A stretch of 64,000 nucleotides of DNA from an uncultured Actinomycetes bacterium (GCA_947085035.1 CAMTUW010000018.1:53660-117659); one strand, 5' to 3'. Positions 49,621 to 59,698 are shown, numbered from the stretch's first letter. Notes: a model not told the origin generated them from the sequence alone. Program-made: numbers and translations.

Positions 49621-50187
49621 TCAGTCAGGAGGTCCGATCCTCGTCACCGGTGCCCAGACCCAGACTACACGCCCGACAACCGAATCAAGCGCCACGGGAC
49701 CGAGCTGTCGGCTGTCGAGCGAGACCATTCGGTTGTCGCCAAGAACGAATACCGTGCCGCTGGGAACGATGAGCGGGCCAACGATTTTACGAAAGTACTG
49801 ATCGGCGATGACGTCGTCTCCGCTCTCGCGAACACCGTTCACTGTGGCGATACCTTCACGAACCTCGACGCTGTCGCCGGGCACCGCTACGACGCGCTTG
49901 AGTGCTCGCTTCGCGCGCGGCGGCGCGCCTGCGATGTGAAAGGCGATGACGTCACCGCGCCTGGGGGTCTCGTAGGACTTGGTGAGCAGCAGCCGGTCGC
50001 CATGCGACAGTGAGGGCTCCATGGAGTCGCCGTCGACCTTGCTTGGGGAGAACAAGACGTAGAACACGATCAGGATCAACGTGAGGAACACGATCAGTGG
50101 CAAGATGATCCTGCGCGCGATTCGGTCGCCTCGGCCCTGGACTCCGGGAGCGAGCAGAGTGGGCTCTATGAGCAGATCATCACTCAC
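49621..50187 (-). CDS. lepB: Signal peptidase I (paralog 1)
   Basis: 188 aa. TM anchor IILPLIVFLTLILIVFYVLF, Ser box DGDSMEPSL, Lys box LKRVVAVPGD, GDNRMVSLDSR. Start overlaps the ftsY end by 8 nt. Confidence 0.8.
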   Translation of the reverse strand: MSDDLLIEPTLLAPGVQGRGDRIARRIILPLIVFLTLILIVFYVLFSPSKVDGDSMEPSLSHGDRLLLTKSYETPRRGDVIAFHIAGAPPRAKRALKRVVAVPGDSVEVREGIATVNGVRESGDDVIADQYFRKIVGPLIVPSGTVFVLGDNRMVSLDSRQLGPVALDSVVGRVVWVWAPVTRIGPPD

Positions 50188-51091
50188 CGCTCACCAACGC
50201 TCGTGCGAAAGCGGATGCGTCGAAGTCCGCCAAGTCCTCGACTCCCTCGCCGATCCCGATCGCGAGGATGGGCACCCCGAGTTCCCGGGCGATAGCCACG
50301 GCGATGCCTCCCTTGGCGGTACCATCGAGCTTGGTGAGGATGATGCCGTCGAGACCGAGCGCGGCATGGAACTCGCGTGCCTGCACGAGTCCGTTCTGGC
50401 CGGTGGTGGCGTCCATCACGAGCACTGTCTTGACGGGCGGCCCTGACCGGTTGATGACGACGCGTTGCAGTTTCGACAGCTCGCGCATCAGATCGGGCGA
50501 GGTGTGCAGACGTCCGGCGGTGTCGATCAGCGTCACGGCGACTCCATCGGCCTGCGCACGCTCGATGGTGTCGAAGGCCACAGAGGCGGGGTCGGCGCCT
50601 CGTTCGCGCGAAACCACCTTCACGCCTGCCCGCTTGGCCCATACGTCGAGCTGCTCGATCGCAGCCGCGCGAAAGGTGTCAGCGCTACCGAGCAACACAG
50701 AGACGCCGGAGTCCGAAAGGCGCTTGGCGAGCTTTCCCACCGAGGTCGTCTTGCCGGTGCCGTTGACACCGACGACGACAACCGTGAGAGGGGTGGGCTC
50801 GAAGAGTGGCGGCGCCTCGGGGAACTCGGACGCGATGCGTTCCACCAAGCGAGCGAGAACCGCTCGTGCGTCGGGCAGTGCCTTGCGAGTGGCCTCACTG
50901 CGCAGCGCATCGACGATCTCGGTTGTGGCGGTGATACCGACGTCGGCCCCGACCAGCGCGTCTTCGAGGTCGGACCAGAACTCCTCGTCGAGGTTCGGTC
51001 CGCGATCCAGCAAGACGTTGAGCTGCTCACCCAGTCGCTCTCTGCTCTTGGAAAGCCCCTCAGCCAGTCGCTTGAGCCACGGAGCGCTCAT
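50180..51091 (-). CDS. ftsY: SRP receptor FtsY (short A region plus NG domain)
   Basis: 303 aa. VVGVNGTGKTTSVGKLA, DTAGRLH, TKLDGTAKGG. ATGA overlap with the smc stop. Confidence 0.9.
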   Translation of the reverse strand: MSAPWLKRLAEGLSKSRERLGEQLNVLLDRGPNLDEEFWSDLEDALVGADVGITATTEIVDALRSEATRKALPDARAVLARLVERIASEFPEAPPLFEPTPLTVVVVGVNGTGKTTSVGKLAKRLSDSGVSVLLGSADTFRAAAIEQLDVWAKRAGVKVVSRERGADPASVAFDTIERAQADGVAVTLIDTAGRLHTSPDLMRELSKLQRVVINRSGPPVKTVLVMDATTGQNGLVQAREFHAALGLDGIILTKLDGTAKGGIAVAIARELGVPILAIGIGEGVEDLADFDASAFARALVSGE

Positions 51092-54000
51092 TGCGCCTCG
51101 ACAGCGACGTGGGATGCTCTGTCGAGCTTCTGACTCACGACCTTGCTCACGCCGTCAGCCTGCATCGAGACACCGTACAAGACGTCGGCCATCTCCATGG
51201 TTCGACGTTGGTGGGTGACCACGATGAACTGCGTGTGATGTCGCATGCTGTCGAGGAAACCGATGAAACGACGCAGGTTCGTGTCGTCAAGCGCGGCTTC
51301 AACCTCATCGAGAATGTAGAAAGGGCACGGTCTCGTACGGTAGACCGCGAACAGCAATGCAAGAGCGGTCAGGGACTTCTCGCCACCGCTCATCAGGGAG
51401 AGCTTGGCGAGTTTCTTGCCCCGCGGTTGACCGATGACCTCCACGCCGGTGATCTCGGGGTCATCAGGGTCCGTGAGCTGAAGCTGCGCGGTCCCTCCCG
51501 GGAACAGGATGGCGAAGATCTCCTGGAAGTGCGCATCCACGGATTCGAACGTCTCGAGGAATCGGTCCTTCATCTTGCGGTCGATGGCTGCGACCACCTT
51601 GGCAAGTGATCGTCTCGAGGAGTCGAGATCCTCGATCTGTGACGTCATGAAGTCACGACGCGCCCGCAGAGACTCGAACTCCTCCATGGCAACGGGGTTC
51701 ACAGGTCCGAGGTTGGAGATCTGTTTCCTGATGGCGTGCGCCTTGTCTTCAGCGGAGTTGCGATCCTTGAGCTCCGTGGAGTCGAGAGCCTTCTCAAGGG
51801 GGCAACCGAGTTCCTCGACGATGCGGCGCGCAGCCTGATTGACCTGAACCTCCAGTTGACCCTTTTCGACTCGAAGTCCACCGACGAGTTCGTTCTTACC
51901 GTCGATCTCTGCTTGAGCGGAGCGAACGGCGTCTTGGGCATCATGGATGGTCTTGCGCAGCGACTCGGAGTCGGCCTGTTCGAATCGCGCGCGATCCCTG
52001 AGCTTGACGGCCCAGAACTCCGCACGCTCCTGGAGCTCGAGGTAGTACTCGTGCAGGGGCTCTATCCGCTCGCGCAGCAGCTCGAGCGCGTGCTCGGTCT
52101 GTCGGGAACGCTCAACGGTGTCGGCAAGCTCGCTCAGTTCCGAGGTGATGGTGTTCACCTGCTTCTTGAGGTGCACCTCCCTCTCTGACACGGTGGCGAT
52201 CTCGACCTGACAGACGCTCAGACGTTCGTTGACGGCACCTTCGTCGCGAAAACGCATGTCACGCGCGTCTCGGGCAGCTGAGGAATCTTCCTCGAGCGTT
52301 TCGACTCGGGACTCCCCGCCTAGGATGCGCGCACGTATGTCATCGATGACGGGTCTGTCTTTCGACGTGCGCTCTACGATGTCGGTGATGCGACGGTCGA
52401 TCGTGGCCTTCTCGGCGTCAATGGATGTGAGCAGCTGTTCGAGGCGTCCGATATCCTCGAGCAACGAGTTGTTCTCGCCAACCAGAGATGCGAGTTTCTG
52501 AGAGAGTTCCAGTGCGTCTTGCTGGGCCAGCGCGAGGGCCTCTTCAGACTGGGCGTACGCCGCCTCGGCCTCGCCGACCGCAGCGGTCAAAGCACCGATC
52601 TCGTCATGCAGATGATTGATGCGCCGTTTGCGAGCCAACACGCCCTCGGTGTCCGCCACCTGTGTGCCCAGAGTCAGCTTTCCGTTGGGCCACGCGATCG
52701 CACCCTCGCGAGTGATGAAGCGGGCACCGACCACGTCCGTTGAACACGCGGCGAGTGCGCTCTCGATCGAATCCACGATGTAGACGTCACCGAGCAGGGC
52801 TTCGAGCGCAGAGCGGATGTCGTCGGCGCACTCCAGCTGGTCGAAGAGCCGGACACCAGTGGTGGGCCGACCCTTGCCAAACGTCTTCATCGACGAGACC
52901 GGGACGAGAGACAGCTCCCCCGCCGGAGTGCGATTGAGTTCGTTCGCGATGTGCGCGGCAGCATCCGAGTCGCTGACGAGCAGCCCGAACAAGTCGGCTC
53001 CAAGCAACCTCTCGACCAGAGAATCCATGCCCTCGGGTGCTCTGATGGCCTCAGACAACGGGCCCATGATCCCCGGCAGGTCGTCACTCCTGCTGATCGC
53101 CCACGCCAAAGCGGGCGCGGCAGAAGCGAACGCCCGGTCGACCTCCTCAAGACCCCGGGCCTCAGCGCGAGCTGCCGTCAGGCGTTCGCGACGGCCGTCC
53201 AACTCCCGGCGTCGTGTCTCGAGGACTCGGACGCGCTTGTCGACATCGGAGTCCGCCATCGCAAGGTCGCGTCTGTGCTTGCCCATCTGCGCATCAAGGA
53301 TCTCGAGCCGGGAGCGTCGAGCGGAAAGTGTCGCTTGCGAGGAGTGCCGCTGTGTGCGAATCTGCTCCGCTCGCTCTGCAAGAATCTCGCTTTCGAGTTC
53401 ACTCGACGAGAGCGCCTGCTCGGTTCGGGACTGTGCCGCGCGGTCGTCTTCCAGCAGCTTGCGCGCACCGCGAAGCTCACCGGCGAGACGGGCGACCTCC
53501 TCGTCGGCGGTGATGCGCGCTCGGCGCACGTTCTCGGTCTCCTTTCGGAGCTCCGAGAGCTGACCGTAGAGGGCCTTGAGTCGGGCTTCAGTCTCGCCGC
53601 GCTGGGCCTTGAGTGATTCGAGCTCGCCACCACGTGACGCGGAGCGCGTCTGGGCCTGATGCAACTTGGCGCGCAGATCCGAGAGCCGGGCGACGAGGTT
53701 CTTGCCCTTCTCCTCAAGCAGTAGCAGCCCGGCGTCCAGCCGCTCCAGGATGGATAGCATGCGGCGGCGCTGCTCGGAGAGGTCGCCGACGAACAGGCCT
53801 TTTTCCTCGAGAAGCGTTTGGAACTTCGCGAGCTCCTGTTCCTTCTCGGCAAGACGATAGCGCGACAGGTCGACGTCGGCGTCGGCTTCTCGCTCACGCT
53901 TCTCGAGAACGTCCCACGTCACGTTCAGGCGCCTCAGGTCATCGACGGCGAGCGCGATGTCCAGCTCTCGGAGGTTGCGAGTGAGGTCGACGTGCGTGGC

Positions 54001-54636
54001 GGCCTTGGAGGCTTGACGCTCAAGCGGTCTGAGCTGGCGTTCGATCTCGGTGATGATGTCGCGCGCACGCGCGAGGTGCGTTTCAAGTCCGGCGAGTTTG
54101 CGCACAGCGCGCTCCCGGCGCTTCTTATGCTTGAGTACGCCAGCCGCCTCTTCGATCAACGCTCGACGCTCTTCGGGTTTGGAGCTCAATACCTCGTCGA
54201 GACGCCCTTGACTGATGATCGAGTGAGTGTCACGGCCAAGGCCCGAGTCCGAGAGAAGGTCCTGGATGTCCATGAGTCGGGCCGGCGCCTGGTTGATCAG
54301 GTATTCGCTCTCGCCGGAGCGGTACATGCGTCGGCTGATGGTGACCTCGGTGAATTCGAGGGGCAGCGTGCCATCCGAGTTGTCCAAGACGAGGTCGACT
54401 TCGGCAACGCCGACAGCCTGTCTGGCCGAGGATCCCGCAAAGATGACGTCTTCCATCGCCTGACCGCGCAACGACTTGGCGCTTTGTTCACCCAAGACCC
54501 ACAAAACGGCGTCAGATACGTTGGACTTGCCGGATCCGTTGGGTCCCACGACGACCGTGACACCAGGTTCCAAGGACAGGCCACTGCGGTCTGCAAACGA
54601 CTTGAATCCCTTGAGTATGAGTGACTTGAGATACAC
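51088..54636 (-). CDS. smc: Chromosome segregation protein SMC
   Basis: ORF 51088-54654. Preferred GTG at 54636 (V-YLKSLILKGFKSF). Walker A GPNGSGKSN, long coiled coils and hinge, LSGGEKSLTALALLFA, FYILDEVEAALD. Confidence 0.95.
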   Translation of the reverse strand: MYLKSLILKGFKSFADRSGLSLEPGVTVVVGPNGSGKSNVSDAVLWVLGEQSAKSLRGQAMEDVIFAGSSARQAVGVAEVDLVLDNSDGTLPLEFTEVTISRRMYRSGESEYLINQAPARLMDIQDLLSDSGLGRDTHSIISQGRLDEVLSSKPEERRALIEEAAGVLKHKKRRERAVRKLAGLETHLARARDIITEIERQLRPLERQASKAATHVDLTRNLRELDIALAVDDLRRLNVTWDVLEKREREADADVDLSRYRLAEKEQELAKFQTLLEEKGLFVGDLSEQRRRMLSILERLDAGLLLLEEKGKNLVARLSDLRAKLHQAQTRSASRGGELESLKAQRGETEARLKALYGQLSELRKETENVRRARITADEEVARLAGELRGARKLLEDDRAAQSRTEQALSSSELESEILAERAEQIRTQRHSSQATLSARRSRLEILDAQMGKHRRDLAMADSDVDKRVRVLETRRRELDGRRERLTAARAEARGLEEVDRAFASAAPALAWAISRSDDLPGIMGPLSEAIRAPEGMDSLVERLLGADLFGLLVSDSDAAAHIANELNRTPAGELSLVPVSSMKTFGKGRPTTGVRLFDQLECADDIRSALEALLGDVYIVDSIESALAACSTDVVGARFITREGAIAWPNGKLTLGTQVADTEGVLARKRRINHLHDEIGALTAAVGEAEAAYAQSEEALALAQQDALELSQKLASLVGENNSLLEDIGRLEQLLTSIDAEKATIDRRITDIVERTSKDRPVIDDIRARILGGESRVETLEEDSSAARDARDMRFRDEGAVNERLSVCQVEIATVSEREVHLKKQVNTITSELSELADTVERSRQTEHALELLRERIEPLHEYYLELQERAEFWAVKLRDRARFEQADSESLRKTIHDAQDAVRSAQAEIDGKNELVGGLRVEKGQLEVQVNQAARRIVEELGCPLEKALDSTELKDRNSAEDKAHAIRKQISNLGPVNPVAMEEFESLRARRDFMTSQIEDLDSSRRSLAKVVAAIDRKMKDRFLETFESVDAHFQEIFAILFPGGTAQLQLTDPDDPEITGVEVIGQPRGKKLAKLSLMSGGEKSLTALALLFAVYRTRPCPFYILDEVEAALDDTNLRRFIGFLDSMRHHTQFIVVTHQRRTMEMADVLYGVSMQADGVSKVVSQKLDRASHVAVEAQ

Positions 54637-54696
54637 GGGCTCCCTCGAGAACACGCAGGTCGGACGGCATGAACCGCGCCCGAACGGGCGGCGCTC

Positions 54697-54705
54697 AGTG
54701 TAACA
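54697..54705 (-). promoter_or_regulatory. Candidate extended -10 promoter for smc (TGtTACACT)
   Basis: Minus strand reads TGTTACACT in the rnc-smc gap. Confidence 0.3.
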
Positions 54706-54725
54706 CAGGAAGGGTGTGCGAGACG

Positions 54726-55439
54726 CTAACCCAAGTGCTCCAAAGCGCGTGCGGCGGCCGTGGCCTCGGCTTCCTTCTTGGTGGCTCCGGTCCCCTCGCC
54801 GAGAATCTCGCCGTCGGCCTCCACGAGCGCGGTGAACTTCCGTTCGTGAGGAGGTCCCTCGTGGTGCAGGATGCGGTAGACCGGAGTGACTCCTTTGGCC
54901 TGAAGGGTCTCTTGAAGCAGCGATTTAGGGTTTTCCGGAGCGTGCGCCTGCGTTTCGTCGATGAGAGGGCCGAGGCAGCGAAGAATCCACTCACGCGCAG
55001 TGTCGATGCCGGCGTCGAGGAACACTGCGGCCACCAGCGCCTCGAATGTGTTCTCCAGTGCCGAGGCCATGCCCCGGCGACCGGTTCTGATGACGCTCTC
55101 TCCGAGGATCAACGCGTCGAGAAGGCCGAGGTCCTCGGCGACACGCGACAGAGTCGCGCCGGCGACCACCGAGGTCTTGATGCGTGTGAGCCCGCCTTCC
55201 GGCAGATGCGGATAGCGCCGAAATATCTCCTCGGCGATCAGAAAACCGACCACCGAATCCCCGAGAAACTCGAGGCGCTCGTAGTAGGAGGAAGGATCCT
55301 TGTCCTCACTCGCGGATGGGTGAGTGAGTGCCTGCCGCAGTAGGTCACGATCACCAAAGTGGTGTCCGATCACGCGTTCAGCGATATCGAGACGCGACTC
55401 GATGTGGGTGGTGGGGTCGTTCTCGGCGCTGCGTGGCAT
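54726..55439 (-). CDS. rnc: Ribonuclease III
   Basis: 237 aa. ERLEFLGDSVVG signature, C-terminal dsRBD (GEGTGATKKEAEATAA). Confidence 0.9.
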   Translation of the reverse strand: MPRSAENDPTTHIESRLDIAERVIGHHFGDRDLLRQALTHPSASEDKDPSSYYERLEFLGDSVVGFLIAEEIFRRYPHLPEGGLTRIKTSVVAGATLSRVAEDLGLLDALILGESVIRTGRRGMASALENTFEALVAAVFLDAGIDTAREWILRCLGPLIDETQAHAPENPKSLLQETLQAKGVTPVYRILHHEGPPHERKFTALVEADGEILGEGTGATKKEAEATAAARALEHLG

Positions 55440-55448
55440 CTGCTTCGC

Positions 55449-56681
55449 CTACGAGCAGCGCGCGAAGACCAGCGTGGCATTGTGCCCACCGAAGCCGAAC
55501 GAGTTGCTCATGCACGCGGACACGATCCCTGGGCGCGATGTCAAAGGGACATAATCCAAATCGCACTGGGGATCAGGGTCAGTGAGGTTGATCGTCGGGG
55601 GAATCACGCTGTCGCGCATCGCAAGAACACACGCCACCGCTTCTGCGGCACCCGCGCCGCCGAGCATGTGTCCCATCATGGATTTCGTGCTTGAGATCGG
55701 CGGCGCGTCAGCTCCGAACACGGCCTTGATGGCGTTGGTCTCCGCAAGGTCGCCCACCGGAGTGGAGGTGCCGTGCGCGTTGATGTAGTCGATATCGCGA
55801 GGAGCGAGATCGGCTTGGCGAAGTGCAGCCTCCATGGAGCGCTTCGCACCGCTGCCATCCGGTGCGGGAGCTGTGACGTGGTAGGCGTCCGCCGTCGCAC
55901 CGTAGCCGACGATCTCGGCGTGGATGGTCGCACCGCGGGCGCGGGCGTGCTCCATCTCTTCCAGCACCAGAATGGCGCCACCCTCGGCGATGACGAACCC
56001 GTCGCGTGTGGAGGACCAAGGACGGGATGCGGCCACAGGGTCGTCATTTCGGGTGGACAGGGCGCGCGCCGCGCAGAATCCGGCGACTCCGAGCGGCGTG
56101 ACGCCTGCATCGAACCCACCAGCGACGATCACGTCAGCGTCATCGCGACGAATCGCCTCGAACGCCTCCCCGATCGAATGATTGCCGGTCGCGCAGGCCG
56201 AAACGGGTGCATAGTTGATTCCCTTGAGCCCGAATCGTATCGAGATGTGGCCTGCAGCGAGATCGACGATCATCATCGGAACGAGAAACGGGCTCACGCG
56301 CCCGGGACCACGCTCAGCGAGGAGAGCGGACTGCTCCTCCATCGTTCCAAGGCCCCCGATGCCTGAGCCGACGATGACTCCCGCGCGGGGCGCAAGGTCA
56401 TCAGTCACGTGTTCCAGGCCCGCGTCAATCATCGCCTCGGCGGCGGCGACCATCGCGAACTGCTGAAAGCGCGACATCCGACGGGCTTCTTTGGAGTCGA
56501 TGGTCGAGAGCGGGTCGAAGTCGTTCACGTAACCTGCAAAACGAGTGGGATACGCTGAAACGTCGAAGTGCTCGATATTCGCGATGCCGCTTCGACCGGC
56601 GACCAATGATGCCCACATCGCAGACACGCCGACACCGACGCATGTGACGGCACCCATGCCCGTGACAACGACCCTTCTCAC
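55449..56681 (-). CDS. fabF: 3-oxoacyl-ACP synthase II
   Basis: 410 aa. PVSACATGNHSIG, NAHGTSTPVGD, STKSMMGHMLGGAG. Confidence 0.9.
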   Translation of the reverse strand: MRRVVVTGMGAVTCVGVGVSAMWASLVAGRSGIANIEHFDVSAYPTRFAGYVNDFDPLSTIDSKEARRMSRFQQFAMVAAAEAMIDAGLEHVTDDLAPRAGVIVGSGIGGLGTMEEQSALLAERGPGRVSPFLVPMMIVDLAAGHISIRFGLKGINYAPVSACATGNHSIGEAFEAIRRDDADVIVAGGFDAGVTPLGVAGFCAARALSTRNDDPVAASRPWSSTRDGFVIAEGGAILVLEEMEHARARGATIHAEIVGYGATADAYHVTAPAPDGSGAKRSMEAALRQADLAPRDIDYINAHGTSTPVGDLAETNAIKAVFGADAPPISSTKSMMGHMLGGAGAAEAVACVLAMRDSVIPPTINLTDPDPQCDLDYVPLTSRPGIVSACMSNSFGFGGHNATLVFARCS

Positions 56682-57640
56682 TGTGCCCCCTCGGATTGGG
56701 CGTACTCGAGTTCAAGGCGTGCGATGAGCTCAGCGACTGTGGTGACTTCGGTGATTCGGGCTGCCGCGGAACCCGCGAACACCAAGCCGTCTTCAACGTC
56801 ACCGCGCTGAGCCATTTCGAGCTGATTGATGATGCAGTAGTCCTTGGCGCATTCCTTCAGACAGGAGCGACACGACTCGATTGGAGGATATTCACCCCTG
56901 CTCGCGCGCTCCCAGAACGGGTTCTTGAGTGCGCGACCGGGCAAGCCGACGGGGCTCTTGACGAGAACAACGTCATCGTCGGTCGAATCCACGTACATCT
57001 GCTTGAACGCGTCCGGTGCCGAGCACTCGACCGTGGCGACGAAACGAGACCCTATCTGCACTCCAGCGGCGCCAGCAGCAAGCACGTTTCTGATGTCGCC
57101 ACCGGTCACAACGCCACCAGCCCCGATCACGGGAATCGAGACCGAGGCGACGATCTCAGGGAGGAGGTCGAGAAGCAACCGGTCGGTGCCAAGATGGCCG
57201 CCGGCCTCGAAGCCCTCGACGACTACTGCGGACGCACCGAACCGCTCAGCGAGTCTGGCCACACGCACGCTGCCGACGATGGGAACGACAGGCACGTTGA
57301 ATTCGCGGCCCCACTCGAAGACGTCCCGCGAAAACCCTGCGCCAGCGATGAGAAGATCGATTCCCTCGGCCATGGCCGCACGGACAAGCTCTTTGAAGCG
57401 GCGGACAGCGATCATGACGTTGACCCCGACAAGCCCCTCAGGATGGGCCGTCTCGCGAGCAGCGCGAATCTGTGCCACGAGTTCGGATGGGGTCAGACCG
57501 CTGCCAGCGATGATACCCACGCCCCCGGCCTGTGCGACTGCTGCTGCCAGTGGGGCCAGCGAGATGCGTACCGCCATGCCGCCCTGGATGATTGGCAGGC
57601 GCGCTGTTCTGTCTCCGATGGTCAGAGTTGGCATCGACAC
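56678..57640 (-). CDS. Nitronate monooxygenase / FabK-family flavoprotein, divergent second paralog with C-terminal CX2CX3CX4C motif
   Basis: 320 aa. LPIIQGGMAVRISLAPLAAAVAQAGGVGIIA, EAGGHLG, GSRFVATVE, then ESCRSCLKECAKDYCI. Start is GTG at 57640 or ATG at 57634. Confidence 0.7.
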   Translation of the reverse strand: MSMPTLTIGDRTARLPIIQGGMAVRISLAPLAAAVAQAGGVGIIAGSGLTPSELVAQIRAARETAHPEGLVGVNVMIAVRRFKELVRAAMAEGIDLLIAGAGFSRDVFEWGREFNVPVVPIVGSVRVARLAERFGASAVVVEGFEAGGHLGTDRLLLDLLPEIVASVSIPVIGAGGVVTGGDIRNVLAAGAAGVQIGSRFVATVECSAPDAFKQMYVDSTDDDVVLVKSPVGLPGRALKNPFWERASRGEYPPIESCRSCLKECAKDYCIINQLEMAQRGDVEDGLVFAGSAAARITEVTTVAELIARLELEYAQSEGAQ

Positions 57641-57661
57641 GGTGTTTCGAATCCTCTCATG

Positions 57662-57682
57662 ATGCGCTATGCGCTATGCGCT
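57662..57682. repeat. Perfect 3x tandem heptamer ATGCGCT
   Basis: atgcgct atgcgct atgcgct read directly, in the acpP to FabK-like intergenic region. Confidence 0.9.
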
Positions 57683-57684
57683 TG

Positions 57685-57713
57685 CCGGACGACGAGCTGT
57701 TCTCGCCGTCCGG
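57685..57713 (-). other. 12-bp hairpin downstream of acpP
   Basis: CCGGACGGCGAG-AACAG-CTCGTCGTCCGG on the minus strand. The single irregular pair is G-U on the minus strand but A-C on the plus strand, which favours a minus-strand RNA element. Confidence 0.45.
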
Positions 57714-57732
57714 TTTCAGGCATGCTGAGAAA

Positions 57733-57969
57733 CTAGACGGCCTCGATGAAGGCGATCGCATCGGCAACGGTCTTGATGCTCTCGGCCTCTTCGTCGGGGA
57801 TGGAGATCCCGAACTCCTCCTCAAGCGCCATGACCAACTCGACGATGTCGAGCGAATCCGCGCCCAGGTCATCTATGAAAGAAGCATCTTCGGTGACGAC
57901 GCTCTCGTCGACGTTGAGCTGCTCGACGATGACCGCCTTCACTTTGTCCATGATCTCCTCACGCTCCAT
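57733..57969 (-). CDS. acpP: Acyl carrier protein
   Basis: ORF 57733-57975. ATG at 57969 preceded by [26 protein letters not shown]...[20 protein letters not shown]. Confidence 0.9.
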   Translation of the reverse strand: MEREEIMDKVKAVIVEQLNVDESVVTEDASFIDDLGADSLDIVELVMALEEEFGISIPDEEAESIKTVADAIAFIEAV

Positions 57970-58029
57970 GCACAAACACCTCCCTGTTCTTGTGGTTACG
58001 ATAACTTTCGCGGGCTCCTGCCCGGCAAA

Positions 58030-58779
58030 CTACTGAAAAGTCATGCCGCCGTCCACTGCGAGTGTCTGACCGGTGATGTAGGAGGCGTCATCGCTGGCCA
58101 GAAATGCCACTGCATGAGCGACATTCTGTGCCGTGCCGAAGCGGCCCATGGCCACGTGCGCGCGGGCCGCTTCGCAGACCGCCTCCGACAAGGATGCGGT
58201 CATGTCCGTGTCGATGAAACCGGGAGCAACGGCGTTGACGCGAACGTTTCGCGAGGCGAGTTCCCGGGCGATTGACTTGGTGAACCCGATCACGCCGGCT
58301 TTCGAGGCTGCGTAGTTCGCCTGCCCCGCGTTTCCCACGAGCCCCACGACCGAAGTCACGTTGACGATGGCGCCTTCTCGCTGCTTCATCAGGTGGCGAG
58401 CAGCCGCTTTGGTCACGGAGAACACACCGGTGAGATTCGTGGCGATGACCGACTCCCAGTCTTCGTGACTCATCCTGACCAGCAATCCATCACGGGTGAT
58501 GCCGGCGTTGTTCACAACGATGTGCAATCCGCCGAGCTCACTGATGGTTCGGTCAACGAGTGATACGCACGACTCAGGGCTCGAAACGTCTGCCTGAAGG
58601 GCTACGGCGCGTCCGCCCAACTCCTCGATTGCCGAGACAACCGCCAGGGCCGCTGCCTGAGACCCGGAGTAGTTCACCGCGACAGCGGCGCCCCGAGTAG
58701 CGAGCTCGATTGCGATGGCAGCGCCGATTCCCCGAGACGCCCCGGTCACAAGCGCCACCTTGCCGCTGAGATCAGCCAT
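58030..58779 (-). CDS. fabG: 3-oxoacyl-ACP reductase
   Basis: ORF 58030-58788. ATG at 58779 (GGAGG 9 nt upstream), or TTG at 58788. VTGASRGIGAAIA, YAASKAGVIGF. Confidence 0.9.
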   Translation of the reverse strand: MADLSGKVALVTGASRGIGAAIAIELATRGAAVAVNYSGSQAAALAVVSAIEELGGRAVALQADVSSPESCVSLVDRTISELGGLHIVVNNAGITRDGLLVRMSHEDWESVIATNLTGVFSVTKAAARHLMKQREGAIVNVTSVVGLVGNAGQANYAASKAGVIGFTKSIARELASRNVRVNAVAPGFIDTDMTASLSEAVCEAARAHVAMGRFGTAQNVAHAVAFLASDDASYITGQTLAVDGGMTFQ

Positions 58780-58780
58780 G

Positions 58781-59698
58781 TCAGTCAACCTCCATCAGAA
58801 CGGTTTCGAGACCGACGGCCTCGGCAGACAGCGCCGTGATGCCGTCAATGCGCTTCGCGAGCCCGGTGAGAACGCTGCCGGGGCCCGCTTCGATCATGAC
58901 CAGAGGAGACGCGGCGAGAAGCGCGAGCATGATCTCAGACCAACGTACGGGTGATGTCATCTGCGCAGCAAGACGCTCGCGAATCCGATCAGCATCGCGC
59001 TCGGGAGTGGGATCGGTGTTTTGCAGCACCGGGAACCGAGCGTGTGAGAAATCGGTCAGAGCAAGGATGCGGGCGAAGTCGCTGCGCGCCGATTCCATGA
59101 GGGGCGTGTGGAATGCACCGGCCACCTTCAAGGGGATGATCCGCCGTGCGCCGGCCGCACTGAGAGCGCCACTGGCCTCCTCGATCCCCGCGTGGGTTCC
59201 AGAGATGATGATCTGGCCGGGCGCGTTGTCGTTGGCGACCCACACGTCAGTCAGCTCCTGGATGATCGGCGTGATCGTAGGTGAATCAAGACCGATCACC
59301 GCGGCCATCGCGCCAGGCGTCGTGTTCACGGCCTCAGACATCAGACGACTGCGTTCGACGACGAGCTCCAGTCCCGCCTCGACCGAGTAGACCTCGGCTA
59401 CGGCGAGGGCGGCGAACTCTCCGAGTGAGTGTCCGGCAACGAAATCGGGGTCGAGGCCACTGTCGAGAAGTGCCTGACCCCATGCCCAGTCCGCGAGGTA
59501 GAGCAGTGGTTGTGCCACGCGGGTGTCAGCGACATCGTCCGCATCGCCAGTGGCGTCAATCTCGCGCAGCGGCAGTCCCGAGAGAGCCTCGGCGGCGTCC
59601 AAGAGGCGCTCGAAGGCGTCGTGCTCAGGGACATCACGCAGCATGGTCGGGCGCTGGGAGCCCTGTCCGGGGAATACGAGCGCACTTCGCTGGTCCAT
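58781..59698 (-). CDS. fabD: Malonyl CoA-ACP transacylase
   Basis: 305 aa. ALVFPGQGSQ, VAGHSLGEFAAL. Confidence 0.9.
   Translation of the reverse strand: MDQRSALVFPGQGSQRPTMLRDVPEHDAFERLLDAAEALSGLPLREIDATGDADDVADTRVAQPLLYLADWAWGQALLDSGLDPDFVAGHSLGEFAALAVAEVYSVEAGLELVVERSRLMSEAVNTTPGAMAAVIGLDSPTITPIIQELTDVWVANDNAPGQIIISGTHAGIEEASGALSAAGARRIIPLKVAGAFHTPLMESARSDFARILALTDFSHARFPVLQNTDPTPERDADRIRERLAAQMTSPVRWSEIMLALLAASPLVMIEAGPGSVLTGLAKRIDGITALSAEAVGLETVLMEVD

Noticed and set aside
57641-57660. GTTTCGAATCC string resembling a tRNA T-arm
   Set aside because: No acceptor, anticodon or D-arm can be built around it. On the coding strand it is simply the SD region (GAGAGGA) of the following gene.
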